Assembly (NCBI GenBank): GCA_965218795.1
Contig: OZ244653.1
Coordinates: 416,001-480,000, forward strand
Origin: a bacterium
Lineage (GTDB): Bacteria; UBA8248; JACPRG01; G963555815
DNA length: 64,000 nucleotides
Direction of reading: 5' to 3'
The notes under the pieces are model-generated. The model was given only the letters and a program-made list of their open reading frames with translations. It searched no databases and was not told the origin of the DNA. The translations under genes and the position numbers were made by a program. Shown one piece after another: positions 30,008 to 40,310 of the stretch; position 1 is the first letter of the stretch; every line of letters begins with the position of its first letter.

Positions 30008-30844
30008 TTGCTTCTTGACATCCTGACAGAAGAAGAATTGGAGCGCCGGGCGGGACTGAAACAGGAAGAGATCCCCTCGCCCATCAAGGAAAAAGAGGAA
30101 AGCGGCTTGACCGAGGTGAACCGCTGGAAGACCGCCTTGATGTTCGGTTCGGGCGGGTTGCTGCTGATGGTGTGGTTCTGGTGGTCGATCGTCGAGCCCC
30201 GTCTCCACTGGTTCGCGCCCAAGCCATCGCCTGAATCGCTGGCGGCGCTGTCCAAACAGGGGCCGGGCGACGACTCCTCCTTCCTGCATGCCGACGAGAA
30301 CCTCGTGAAATCAGTTCAGAACCGGTTGAACAAACTTGGATTTCGGGCCGGGAGAGTCGATGGTGTGGTGGGGCCCCGAACCATGGAGGCCGTCGATCGA
30401 TTTCAGCTGAGTCAGGGCATTCCGGTCACGGGAGTCATCGACCGAAAGACCAAGGCGGCCTTGGACGCAATCGAGATGCCCAAGGGTGAGTCGAATCCCT
30501 ACATGATTGCCCGGGCCCGAAGAGAAAAGGCCAAGAACGGTGTGCGGTTCATCGTAGATTTGTCCATGGATCCGGCCCTCGGCCGAAAGGATGTGGAGAG
30601 ATACATCCGGCGGGTGACGGTCCGGTTTGCGAAATCCAATCCCGATGTGAATCGATTTCACGTGCGGGGTTACCTGGGAATCGCCTCTCTCTCCGCGGGC
30701 GCCTACGCCATCGCCGACTGGAGCCGGAAGGGCAAAAACGTCTCGAAGCTGGAAGGGATTACGGTTCGCTTTCAGGAATGGACCCGGAAGGATGTCGAGA
30801 TCGAGCTGCCCCCCGAGAAAAGCAAAGACTCTGGCGGAAGTTAG
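30008..30844 (+). CDS. Membrane-anchored protein with peptidoglycan-binding (PG_binding_1) domain
   Basis: TM helix, then VQNRLNKLGF..G.VDGVVGPRT..AV..FQ...G..VTG. Confidence 0.8.
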   Translation: MLLDILTEEELERRAGLKQEEIPSPIKEKEESGLTEVNRWKTALMFGSGGLLLMVWFWWSIVEPRLHWFAPKPSPESLAALSKQGPGDDSSFLHADENLVKSVQNRLNKLGFRAGRVDGVVGPRTMEAVDRFQLSQGIPVTGVIDRKTKAALDAIEMPKGESNPYMIARARREKAKNGVRFIVDLSMDPALGRKDVERYIRRVTVRFAKSNPDVNRFHVRGYLGIASLSAGAYAIADWSRKGKNVSKLEGITVRFQEWTRKDVEIELPPEKSKDSGGS

Positions 30845-30944
30845 TCCGGAAGGCCATCCCTCTCCTCGATCCTGAGCTGAACCCTTGACGAACATTGGAC
30901 ACTCATCGGGACCCGGCTTGGTGAATCCGGTAGGTTACGTTCAC

Positions 30945-31745
30945 TTGCTGAGGATCGGCATCATCGGACTCGGGGCCATTGGCCGGGCCATCTGCCGCGC
31001 GGTGGATTCGAGCGATCTGCGTCTGCGGGTTGCGGCCGTGACCAGCCGTGATCGGACGAAGGCCGAAGATTTCCTCAAATCGCTGAAGGCGCCCCCTCCC
31101 TGGACCTCATTGGATGAGCTGATCGGAGCGTCGGACTTAATCGTTGAGGCGGCGGGGGGGCAGGTTGTTTCCTCCCTTGCCGAAACCGTCTTCGATGCTG
31201 GCAAAGACCTTTTGGTCATCAGTGTCGGCGCGCTGCTCCAGCGATTGGATTTGGTGGAACGGGCAAGGCGGGAAGGCCACCGGTTATATATCCCTACCGG
31301 CGCCATCGTCGGACTCGATGGCGTCAAGTCGGCCATGGCGGGCCGTGTGGACCGGGTGGTCATGACCACCCGAAAGCCGCCCCGGGGTCTCGCCGGGGCC
31401 CCCTACCTCGTGGACAATGGAATCTCCGTGGAGGGTCTGACAGAATCCAAGGTGGTATTCGAGGGGAACGCCCTCGAGGCGGCAAAGGGGTTTCCTGAAA
31501 ATGTCAATGTATGCGCGGGGTTGAGCCTTGCGGGCGCAGGTCCGGAGAAAACGCAAATGCGGATCGTTGCCGATCCCTCGCTGGACCGGAACATGCACCG
31601 GTTCGAGGTGGAAGGGGAGGCCGGCCGCTTTGAAATCCAGATTGAAAACATCCCCACGGAGAATCCAAAAACGGGCAAACTGACGGCCATGTCGATCCTG
31701 GCCACGCTCAAGGCCATTATTGCTCCACTCTCTGTGGGAACCTGA
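30945..31745 (+). CDS. nadX: L-aspartate dehydrogenase
   Basis: GIIGLGAIG, VEAA, SVGAL, GAIVGLD, FPENVNV, NPKT; start moved to TTG 30945. Confidence 0.9.
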   Translation: MLRIGIIGLGAIGRAICRAVDSSDLRLRVAAVTSRDRTKAEDFLKSLKAPPPWTSLDELIGASDLIVEAAGGQVVSSLAETVFDAGKDLLVISVGALLQRLDLVERARREGHRLYIPTGAIVGLDGVKSAMAGRVDRVVMTTRKPPRGLAGAPYLVDNGISVEGLTESKVVFEGNALEAAKGFPENVNVCAGLSLAGAGPEKTQMRIVADPSLDRNMHRFEVEGEAGRFEIQIENIPTENPKTGKLTAMSILATLKAIIAPLSVGT

Positions 31746-31816
31746 TCGCCGGCTTGTTTTCCGGAAGTCGAATTTTGCTGAAGAAGGCCCGGGACTTCCA
31801 GCGCCATTGAGGGTTC

Positions 31817-33433
31817 ATGAATCATTCAGGGTTGATCGTCGCCATTCTCGAACGAGCGGGCGTCCGTCACGCATTCGGCGTTCCCAGCGGGCCGACCCTC
31901 CCAATCATGGAGGCCCTTCGGCATAGCCCGCTGGAGTACGTCCTCGTGGCCCACGAGGCGGCCGCGGGCTTCATGGCCGATGCGACGGGGAGGCTGACGG
32001 GCACGCCCGGGGTTTGCATTTCCACACTGGGACCGGGCGCGACGAACCTTGCTACGGGTGTGGGGAACGCGCTCTTGGATTCGGCACCGCTCCTGGCTTT
32101 GACATGCACCTATGAAACGGATCTGCTCCGGCGACGGGTTCAGATGCAAATCGACCATCACGCCCTCTTCACCCCCCTGACGAAGGCATCCTTCCTCTTG
32201 GAGGAAGGGAAGGTGGGAGAGACCATGGTCGAGGCGATCCGTTTGGCTCTCTCCGAGCCGCCGGGGCCGGTTCATCTGGATTTCCCGGAGGACGTGGCCA
32301 AAGCACAAGCCGCGGAGGCGGTTCCTGGGCTTGCGCCTTCCGAGGGTCCCCCGCCTCCCCCGCATGAGGACCTTCGGCGGGTGGGAGAGGTGCTGGCGGC
32401 GGCCCGGAAGCCCGTGGCCGTTCTCGGGCTTTCGTTGACGAGGACGAATGCCCGGGAGGACCTCCAGTCTTTCATCGAGGAGCGGAATGTTCCGTTCGTG
32501 ACCACCTTGATGGCAAAGGGCTACCTTCCGGACGACCACCCTCTCAACGCCGGGGTGATCGGCCGGGCGCGCAGGACAGACGTTCGACGGTTCACCGATC
32601 AGGCAGATGTCATCCTGGGTATCGGCTACGACGTGATCGAAATCAATTACGAGGAGTGGATCCGAGACGGCGTCCCCGTCGTTTCCGTGGATGTTCGGAA
32701 GGCCGACATCGACGAATCGGTTCAACTTCGAGCCGAAGCGGTGGGGGACCTGTATCAGTCGGTCCAATTCATACGCGATTCGCTCTCTGGCCCCACTGAC
32801 TGGAAAAAATCGGAGGTCGCCGAGCATCGGAGCCGGTTCGAGGCCAACCTTCGCCCGGCGGGATACGGGTTTGCACCCCATGATGCGATTGACGCCCTGC
32901 GGGAGGAGTTTCCCGATAACGGTCTCATGGTCTATGACGTGGGCGGGCACCTCCACCAAATCGCCTCCCAATGGCCGGCTCGTAAGCCTTTGACCGCACT
33001 CTCGACGAACGGATGGTCGTCCATGGGGTATGCCGTTCCGGCGGCCCTGGCCGCAAAATTGGCGCAGCCGGAGCGGTCCGTGCTGGCAATCGTGGGGGAC
33101 GGCTGCTTCCAGATGACGGCGGGAGAGATGGCGACAGCGAGACGGCTCGGGCTGACCATTCCCTTCGTGGTCCTGAACGACGGCGATTTGGGTCTCATTC
33201 GTGTCAAGCAGGAACGGAAGCATTACGGAATTTATGGTGTGGACCTCGCACCCGGGGGAAGGAGTAGTCCAGTGGAGCCGCCCCCCCATTATTTTGGCGT
33301 GCCCTGCGTTGCAGTTCGTTCTCGGACGGAATTGAGAGAAGCTGTCCTGGCGGCCCTCCAGGCCGAGGGCCCAACGGTCATTGAAGCGTTCATCGACGGC
33401 CGGGCCTACTCGGAAACCCTATTCGATGAATGA
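31817..33433 (+). CDS. Thiamine-diphosphate-dependent enzyme (acetolactate synthase-like)
   Basis: FGVPSG, HEAAAGFMA, TLGPGATN, GDGCFQM...N. Confidence 0.9.
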   Translation: MNHSGLIVAILERAGVRHAFGVPSGPTLPIMEALRHSPLEYVLVAHEAAAGFMADATGRLTGTPGVCISTLGPGATNLATGVGNALLDSAPLLALTCTYETDLLRRRVQMQIDHHALFTPLTKASFLLEEGKVGETMVEAIRLALSEPPGPVHLDFPEDVAKAQAAEAVPGLAPSEGPPPPPHEDLRRVGEVLAAARKPVAVLGLSLTRTNAREDLQSFIEERNVPFVTTLMAKGYLPDDHPLNAGVIGRARRTDVRRFTDQADVILGIGYDVIEINYEEWIRDGVPVVSVDVRKADIDESVQLRAEAVGDLYQSVQFIRDSLSGPTDWKKSEVAEHRSRFEANLRPAGYGFAPHDAIDALREEFPDNGLMVYDVGGHLHQIASQWPARKPLTALSTNGWSSMGYAVPAALAAKLAQPERSVLAIVGDGCFQMTAGEMATARRLGLTIPFVVLNDGDLGLIRVKQERKHYGIYGVDLAPGGRSSPVEPPPHYFGVPCVAVRSRTELREAVLAALQAEGPTVIEAFIDGRAYSETLFDE

Positions 33434-33690
33434 ATCCGACTGGGGAAACCCGGGCCCAGCCCCAGCATTGTGTGTAGGGGATCAGCAACCGCCCGACGGT
33501 TTGCTTGATTCCGCTTTTCCCCGGCGATATTCTTTTTGGGTACCGGTTTTTTTGAAAGCGTGGATTTGTCGATCGGATGTTTTCGAATCATGCCTGAAAT
33601 CGAGACTGGGCCGCGCCGTGCATCCAGGAAAGTTTTGAATCGAGATGTTCAGGTTGAGGGACCAGGCCGCCCCTCTTTGGAGAGTTCGCA

Positions 33691-35550
33691 ATGAATGGTT
33701 ACGGGGGAAAGATTCTCTATATCGACCTGGGATCGGGAGAGACACGCGTCGAGCCGGTTGACGAACAAATGGCCCGTCGATTCATCGGTGGAAACGGCTT
33801 TTGCGCCCGGCTGCTGTATGACCTGATCGGACCCGACACCGATCCCCTGGGGTCCGGGAACGCCATCGCCTACGCTGTCGGCCCCCTGACCGATACGGCC
33901 ATCCCCAGCGCGAGCCGGGCCTGTGTGGCGGCCAAATCCCCCCTCAATGAACTTTTTTTCGATTCCACGTTCGGCGGCTCCTGGCCCTCCAGCCTCAAGC
34001 GGACTGGGTACGATGCCTTTGTTCTGACCGGACGGGCAGACCATCCGGTCTATCTTTCGATAACGGACGAGGAAGTGGCCATCAAGCCCGCGGAGGACCT
34101 TTGGGGAAAATGGATCCGGGAGACCTGCGATCTCCTTTCTGAGCGGGAGGGGGGCAAAGCGGATGTCATCGCCATCGGTCCAGCGGGCGAGAACATGGTC
34201 CGGTATGCGGCTATGGCCCACACCTGGCGGAAGAGCCGCGACGGGATATCCGGCCGGGGCGGGATCGGAGCGGTGATGGGCTCGAAAAACCTGAAGGCCA
34301 TTACCGTTCAGGGCCGCCAGAAGACAACAGTCGCCGATCCCAAGGGGCTGAAGGAATTCGTGGGCGGCTCGACGGAGGACGTCCGAACAGGGACGAAAGG
34401 ACTGAATATTTACGGGACCCCGATTCTTGTTCGAATGATCAATGAGTTGGGCGCTCTGGGGACCCGGAACCTGCAGACGGAGACCTTCGAAGATTGTCTG
34501 CCGATCAGCGGGGAGCAGATGAAGGAGGAGATTTGGGAGAAGGACACGACCTGCTTCAAGTGTCCCGTTGCCTGCGGGAAAAATTACAGCGTCACGGAAG
34601 GAGAGTTTGCAGGCACGGCCTGGAAGATGCCCGAATACGAAACCATTTTCGCGCTGGGCACCATGCTGGATCACCGGGATCCCGGCGCGCTCCTGAAGGC
34701 CAACATGCTCTCCGATGAATTGGGGATGGACACCATCTCATTGGGGGTGACGATCTCCTACGCCTTCGAGTGTTACGAGAAGGGCATCTTGACCGAGGGC
34801 GACGTGGGGTTTCCCTTGGAATGGGGCGATTATCACACCATGCTGCGGCTGGTGGAGGACACCGCGCACCGCAGGGGGTTCGGCGATCTGCTGGCCGAGG
34901 GCTCCTGGAGGCTGGCCGAACAATGGGGAGAGGAAACGAAGGGGTTCTTGTATGCGGCGAAGGGCCTTGAGATGCCGGCTCACTCCGCCCGGGCGCTCAA
35001 AGGGATGAGCATCGGCTACGCGACGGGCACCCGCGGGGGCAGTCATCACGACACCCGGCCAACGCTCCAATACGCCGGGGATTTTGATAACCGCTCGGTG
35101 GAGGGCAAGCCTCTTTTCGCTATCCGAACCCAGGACTTCACCGCACTGGACGATTCTATTACTCAGTGCCGGTTCACCAGCGAGCGCGGTTACGGCGCCA
35201 TGATCAATGAGAACTATGCCAGGATGCTTCAGCTTGTCGTAGGCTGGGATGTCACCGTCGACGAGTTGGAGGCGACGGGCGCTCGAATCTGCAATCTCGA
35301 GCGGGCCTTCCATATCCGAGACGGCATCCGACGCAAGGACGACACGCTCCCTGCCAGGGTCCAGCACGTTCCCATTCCCGACGGTCCGCATAAGGGCATG
35401 CATTGTCCGCCCGATGAGCTCTCGGCCATGCTCGATGAGTATTACAAGCTTCGGGGGTGGAATTCAGACGGGGTACCGACGGAAGAAAAGCTCCGGGAGT
35501 TGGAACTGGACTTTGTCGTTGAGGATTGGACCGCCCGAAACGGCGTCTGA
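33691..35550 (+). CDS. Aldehyde:ferredoxin oxidoreductase family (W/Mo-pterin) protein
   Basis: IGPAGEN, GRGGIGAVMGSKNLKA, CFKCPVAC, PEYET, DELGMDTIS, YYKLRGW. Confidence 0.94.
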   Translation: MNGYGGKILYIDLGSGETRVEPVDEQMARRFIGGNGFCARLLYDLIGPDTDPLGSGNAIAYAVGPLTDTAIPSASRACVAAKSPLNELFFDSTFGGSWPSSLKRTGYDAFVLTGRADHPVYLSITDEEVAIKPAEDLWGKWIRETCDLLSEREGGKADVIAIGPAGENMVRYAAMAHTWRKSRDGISGRGGIGAVMGSKNLKAITVQGRQKTTVADPKGLKEFVGGSTEDVRTGTKGLNIYGTPILVRMINELGALGTRNLQTETFEDCLPISGEQMKEEIWEKDTTCFKCPVACGKNYSVTEGEFAGTAWKMPEYETIFALGTMLDHRDPGALLKANMLSDELGMDTISLGVTISYAFECYEKGILTEGDVGFPLEWGDYHTMLRLVEDTAHRRGFGDLLAEGSWRLAEQWGEETKGFLYAAKGLEMPAHSARALKGMSIGYATGTRGGSHHDTRPTLQYAGDFDNRSVEGKPLFAIRTQDFTALDDSITQCRFTSERGYGAMINENYARMLQLVVGWDVTVDELEATGARICNLERAFHIRDGIRRKDDTLPARVQHVPIPDGPHKGMHCPPDELSAMLDEYYKLRGWNSDGVPTEEKLRELELDFVVEDWTARNGV

Positions 35551-35584
35551 ATCCGCTTTCCGGCTTCCGTAGCCCCTCACAACG

Positions 35585-36073
35585 TCATTTCAACGATGCC
35601 ACGCTGAAAATGACGCTGAACGCCTTGCACCAGATGACTACGCTTTTTTGTTTCGAGATATCCACGTCTTTGGGAATCGGATAGTTCTGGCTCCCGACAT
35701 TCCCTTTCAGTCTGCCGAGGTCCACGAACCCCTCGTCAACGACGTCCGATTTTTCTTGCGGGTTCGGATGAGTCGCCAGGTAGACACGCAGGTCGGGGCC
35801 GTTCGTCCCTTTGAAGTCTTCCATCCTCAGGACTGCCGACCCGTCGCCCAACCTGTGGATGGCGGCCTGTCCGCTCCCTTTATGAAACGAGTCCCCATCC
35901 CGGAATGCTCCCGTTCGGAGCTTTCGGACGGCGGATGCCGTCCCTGCCTTCGGGAATTCTTCTTCCACCGTCCTGTCGATGAAAAGAGGCGAAAGCAGCC
36001 ACCAGGCGATCGGTGCTGCGATGACGATGACAATCGCTCCAAGAATTTTCCATTTTCTCTTCAGTCGCGCCAT
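35585..36073 (-). CDS. DM13 electron-transfer domain protein
   Basis: WLLSPLFID, NGPDLRVYL, LKGNVGSQNY, VVIWCKAFSV. Confidence 0.9.
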   Translation of the reverse strand: MARLKRKWKILGAIVIVIAAPIAWWLLSPLFIDRTVEEEFPKAGTASAVRKLRTGAFRDGDSFHKGSGQAAIHRLGDGSAVLRMEDFKGTNGPDLRVYLATHPNPQEKSDVVDEGFVDLGRLKGNVGSQNYPIPKDVDISKQKSVVIWCKAFSVIFSVASLK

Positions 36074-36169
36074 GATCGTCCCCCAAGTTCTTTCGTTGCC
36101 GGGTTAGAGTGATAAACTGCCATGAGCCCTTGGATTCGCATTCTGCCCGAAAGGATTCATTGCAAATCG

Positions 36170-37030
36170 TCATACGCGCGCCAGCGAAATGATTGTAACA
36201 CCCAGCACGACCAGTATCCCGCCGAGGACAACGCGGGCGCTCAGCCGTTCTTCCTTTCGGAGAAAGAGAAAACTGATGATCAGCGTGAAGAGCGGTGTCG
36301 AGTGGATGACCGGCGCTACGGTGACCACGTGTCCGGCATTCAGGGCGGCGAACAATGAGAAATAGGCAGTTACGTAAAACAGGCCGCTCAATATCAGATG
36401 CGGCAGGGCTCTCTTCTCCAGGCGAAACCGGAATGCCTCCGGACCGCTGAAGAAGAGAATGCTCAGGAAAAGACAAGCAATCGACGGGGCCAATGCCCCC
36501 GCCACCAGAGGGAAGGGAAAGTCCTTGACCCCGACTCTCGCTACAACATCTCTCGCCCCAAAACAGATGGCCGCGAACAGCGCGAACAGGAGATGGACCT
36601 TCTTCCATTCGGACCGGGGCAGATTCTCATAGGCCAGCAGGATGACCCCGACCGTGGTCGCTCCCGTTCCGGCCGCAATTCGGAGCGTGAAGGGTTCTCC
36701 GAGAAAAAGAATCGCCATCAGCGTGGCCCAAAACGGTGTCGTCCCGATGACGATCGTGGGACGGGAGAGCCCCAGGCGGGAGAACGCCATGTACAGGGAA
36801 ACCCGCGCAAGGAAGGGAGAGAAGAAGGCCGCCGCGGCCAGTCCAAGAACGACCTGATGATTCAAGGCGGGAAAAGGCTGTGAGAGGCTGATCAGCCACA
36901 GGATGAGTGCGCTGACCCCTGAGGTAAACCAGGCTGCGGTGGTCGGGTTCGTATACGTGAGGCCTCTGCTGATCAGGGCTTGCCCGATAGAAAATGAGAG
37001 CGCCGTGCAGAGGGCCCAGACGATAGGCAT
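36170..37030 (-). CDS. EamA/DMT family transporter
   Basis: Two EamA repeats, about 10 TM; GTTPF..., LGE, STPLF...EE. Confidence 0.88.
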   Translation of the reverse strand: MPIVWALCTALSFSIGQALISRGLTYTNPTTAAWFTSGVSALILWLISLSQPFPALNHQVVLGLAAAAFFSPFLARVSLYMAFSRLGLSRPTIVIGTTPFWATLMAILFLGEPFTLRIAAGTGATTVGVILLAYENLPRSEWKKVHLLFALFAAICFGARDVVARVGVKDFPFPLVAGALAPSIACLFLSILFFSGPEAFRFRLEKRALPHLILSGLFYVTAYFSLFAALNAGHVVTVAPVIHSTPLFTLIISFLFLRKEERLSARVVLGGILVVLGVTIISLARV

Positions 37031-37104
37031 GAAATGACAAGCTCCACAGTGAGCGGGCCAATCTCATCGATTGGCTTCGAAGAAAACGCAGCAGGCGCGG
37101 GTCG

Positions 37105-37350
37105 CTAGAGCTTTCCCCTTGCCACCGAACTTATGGTTATCCCCAAGACGGCCACAACGGTGCCAATCAATACGCGGACCGCCAATTTCCCTTCTCTTTT
37201 GAACCAAAGATGCCCAAGAAACAATGCAAGTAGCGGGGTTGTCCCCACAACAACGCCGGACCTCACAATCCCGACGTGGGGAAATCCGAGATACAGAAAT
37301 AGCCGGGCAAGGAAGGTCGAAAGGGCCGCCGTTGAATGGACGCCGATCGT
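37105..37350 (-). pseudogene. EamA/DMT transporter remnant with no start codon
   Basis: Reads STFLARLFLYLGFPHVGIVRSGVVVGTTPLLALFLGHLWFKREGKLAVRVLIGTVVAVLGITISSVARGKL*; clearly similar to the adjacent EamA gene. Confidence 0.65.
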
Positions 37351-37369
37351 AGTTTGCGAATTCCCCCTG

Positions 37370-38392
37370 TCAGACGAACGGATCCAGACCCCTGAGACTA
37401 ACCTCGCCGGCTTTCAGACCCCAAGCCATTCCAGCGAGCGCATCCCAGCCGGAACTGTGTCCGCGTTTCGCCACCTTCCTCATGACCGAGTCAAACGAAT
37501 CTTGGCTCTGTGATCGGTCGCCGCTCAATACGAGAGAGATGAGGTCGTGAAGGGAGTCGGAGACAGCCCCCTCCAGTGCGCACCGCAGGAGGGATTCGCT
37601 GATCATCGGCGTCCTGCCCGCAGCCAGCCGACAGATTCGCGAACACGCCTGTCCCAAGAATTCCGGTCGATAGACGGAAGGCCCCATGGCCCGGATTGCC
37701 GCGAAAAAAGCGCCCAGAAAATCGTCCCCCGACGGTGTCAGTCCGGGTCCGGCTCCGATCAACCCCCGGGCTCCGGCCTCCATCAGGTCGAGGTTTTCCG
37801 AGAGTATTCCTCCGAGGAGTTGGCGGGCGAAAGGAAATAGCAGATTCGCCAGCGGAGGGAGCGTATCGATTGATTTCTGTCCTGGAGGTTGATGTACAAA
37901 AGCTGCCAACAGACCCAGTCCGAGTGGCTTGGGGTGAAAAACCGCCACCGAGGCGAGGGAATCAAGGCGTGATCGAAGCGCATCGATAGGTGCCGTCCAG
38001 GACCGGGCCGGGGGAGGGGTCCAGACTTCCGCACCCTTCAATAGAATCCTCTGGGGGCCGAGTCTGACAAACCCATTCTCGACGCTGGTCGAGTCGCCCT
38101 TCCGAAATCCGAGCTGGTCAAAAGTCGTTCCGGGGGAAAGTCCGAGCAGAAGGTTCAGCGGGCCCTTGCCGATGGCCGGCAAACCAAGGCAAAAAAGGAG
38201 ATTCGGTCCGGATCCCGCATAACAAGAATGCTCAAAAACGGCCAGGATTCGTGGGTCCTTGCCGGTACCAGTAAATCCTTGGGACTGAAGCCCGTTCATT
38301 TCCTCAAGAGCCCGATGGATCCAAGGCGTTACAGTTGCTGCTTGAAGCCAGCGGTTTGCCGTGATTGTCTGAGCCTCCTGAGTAGGGGACAC
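37370..38392 (-). CDS. DUF2877 (YlbF/AllH-like) protein
   Basis: LIGAGPGLTPSGDDFLG, GHSSGWDALAG. Confidence 0.88.
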   Translation of the reverse strand: MSPTQEAQTITANRWLQAATVTPWIHRALEEMNGLQSQGFTGTGKDPRILAVFEHSCYAGSGPNLLFCLGLPAIGKGPLNLLLGLSPGTTFDQLGFRKGDSTSVENGFVRLGPQRILLKGAEVWTPPPARSWTAPIDALRSRLDSLASVAVFHPKPLGLGLLAAFVHQPPGQKSIDTLPPLANLLFPFARQLLGGILSENLDLMEAGARGLIGAGPGLTPSGDDFLGAFFAAIRAMGPSVYRPEFLGQACSRICRLAAGRTPMISESLLRCALEGAVSDSLHDLISLVLSGDRSQSQDSFDSVMRKVAKRGHSSGWDALAGMAWGLKAGEVSLRGLDPFV

Positions 38393-38584
38393 CCATCAAT
38401 CCATTCTGCTCGGGAGTCCGGCAGGAGTCAATCGAGGGATTCTGGAGGGAATCTTGGCCTGAAACATGCAGGACTGTTTGTCTATAAGCCTTTGCCTCCC
38501 TGGGTTCATCAAATATTTGGGTGGCGGAATAAAAAAAGTTAGAATATAGTAAAAAAAGGCCGGTTTGCAAAGCCCGGAATTGGA

Positions 38585-40180
38585 GTGAAAAAAACCATTA
38601 CCTTATTAACATGTCTGGTCAGTAGAGTGTTGAGATATTTTCTAGCTTTATCAATTCAATTTATTGTTTTCATTGGACTAATTATACATCCGAATTTCGA
38701 AGCGGTAGCGGCAGACCGCCTTGCGGTGCGGGTTGTGACCGTGGTCTCCCGGAAGGACGCGGAAACCATCCTCACCCGCATGAGACGTGACACTCCCTTG
38801 GCCCTTGGGGCAAGAGGGGTCGCTCAAGTGCGGACTCTGACCCGAAAGCAGATCGATGCACTGCCACAGGGTGTCAGAGACACCATGAAGTCGCTGGAAG
38901 GGGGGGGACATACCGGAATTATTCGTGGGGAACAGGCGTACAGCATTTATCAGGCTACAACTTTCGACCATTATAGGGAGGGATGGGCTCTCTATCGAAA
39001 AGGGAAGACTCTGGAGGCCATCCGAAAGGTGGAGAAAGATCTAATCATCAACCCCGACCACGCCCAGGGACTTGTATTGCTCGGCCGGATTTTTGAGGAA
39101 CGCGGAGAATACAGGCGGGGTGTAGAAGCCTACCGGCAATTAATTGGATTTCACCCGAACTCCGCGCTCGGATATCGAATGCTCGGCCGAATTTATGAGA
39201 TCGAGAAGAAGTGGAACCAGGCTGCAGAAAATTACGAAGCCAGTCTTGAGCTTGATTCCAGGCAGCACGACGTGCTCAACGCTCTCGCCCTTATCTATGC
39301 ACTGCGGCAAAATCAGCCCGAACGGGGGCTTCCCCTGATTGAAAAAGCATTGAGGCTGCGGCCAAATACCCCGGAGTACGAAGATACCCTCGCATGGGTG
39401 AGGAAAGCTCTGAAGGGTCCGAAACAGACCCGAATAGCAAAAGCCGTCAAGATTGAGAAGAAGCCGGCCCCGTCACCGGCCCCCAAAGAGCCGAAATCGA
39501 ATTCGGCCGAATCCCGCGTGATCAAATCCAATCCTTCTGAACCCAAGACGGCGAATTCCAACGCGAAGCCGTCCCCGGCTCGGGGTCCCTACGCATTTCC
39601 CCCGCCTCCGGTCCTGCGCGAACGTGAAAAGCTTCGGTTTGAGGCGAAAGAATGGCCGCCTCCATTGGATGTGCGGAGTCAGTTGCCCGTTCCTCCTGTC
39701 TTGATGGACCCGCCCGCGCAGGATGGTAACGGGAAAAATGGAGACCAACTCCACGATGTACTTCCAGAGAGAGGGGTCTTGTACGTCATGAATCCTTCGT
39801 TGCGCGTGGAAGCTCTGAAAGATGCCGGGAAGGCCCTGAGATTCTTGGGATCGGTAAAAAAGAACGAACCCCCCGGCCGGTCCGGGTCGAAGGGCGTTTC
39901 GCGGTCCTTCAGGATAAAGATTCTTGATGGCACCGGGAACTTGGCGAATACTCAGCGCCTTAGATCCAAATTGATGACAAAAGGGAGCAACGTTACCACC
40001 ATCGCTGTGAGTGACAAGGGAAAATGGGAACAGACAGTCCTTTACTACGGAAAGGGTTCCGAGGCTCATGCCGAAAAGGTAGCGGCAGCCATTCCCGGAA
40101 GAGTCCTGTTGCGGCCCCTAACCTGGAAAACCTCCTACGACATCATCCTCGTGCTCGGGAAAGACAAGGCGACCAATTGA
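38585..40180 (+). CDS. Exported TPR protein with LytR_C-like C-terminal domain
   Basis: Signal/TM, degenerate parvulin-like segment, TPR repeats, Pro/Lys linker, ILDGTG...TVLYY...DIILVLGKD. Confidence 0.75.
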   Translation: MKKTITLLTCLVSRVLRYFLALSIQFIVFIGLIIHPNFEAVAADRLAVRVVTVVSRKDAETILTRMRRDTPLALGARGVAQVRTLTRKQIDALPQGVRDTMKSLEGGGHTGIIRGEQAYSIYQATTFDHYREGWALYRKGKTLEAIRKVEKDLIINPDHAQGLVLLGRIFEERGEYRRGVEAYRQLIGFHPNSALGYRMLGRIYEIEKKWNQAAENYEASLELDSRQHDVLNALALIYALRQNQPERGLPLIEKALRLRPNTPEYEDTLAWVRKALKGPKQTRIAKAVKIEKKPAPSPAPKEPKSNSAESRVIKSNPSEPKTANSNAKPSPARGPYAFPPPPVLREREKLRFEAKEWPPPLDVRSQLPVPPVLMDPPAQDGNGKNGDQLHDVLPERGVLYVMNPSLRVEALKDAGKALRFLGSVKKNEPPGRSGSKGVSRSFRIKILDGTGNLANTQRLRSKLMTKGSNVTTIAVSDKGKWEQTVLYYGKGSEAHAEKVAAAIPGRVLLRPLTWKTSYDIILVLGKDKATN

Positions 40181-40310
40181 CGGGTTGTTCACCTCTTCCC
40201 GACAAACCGGTTATCGGCGAACCTGCTTGATTTCCCGGCTTTCCTCCTCTTGAAACTTTCGCCATACGCAATAGATAAATGCGATTGGTTTTCCCTTGGA
40301 AGGAATGGAG

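Noticed and set aside
33434-33690. Moco/Wco riboswitch upstream of the AOR gene
   Set aside because: A GAAA-capped hairpin is present, but the other conserved elements are missing.
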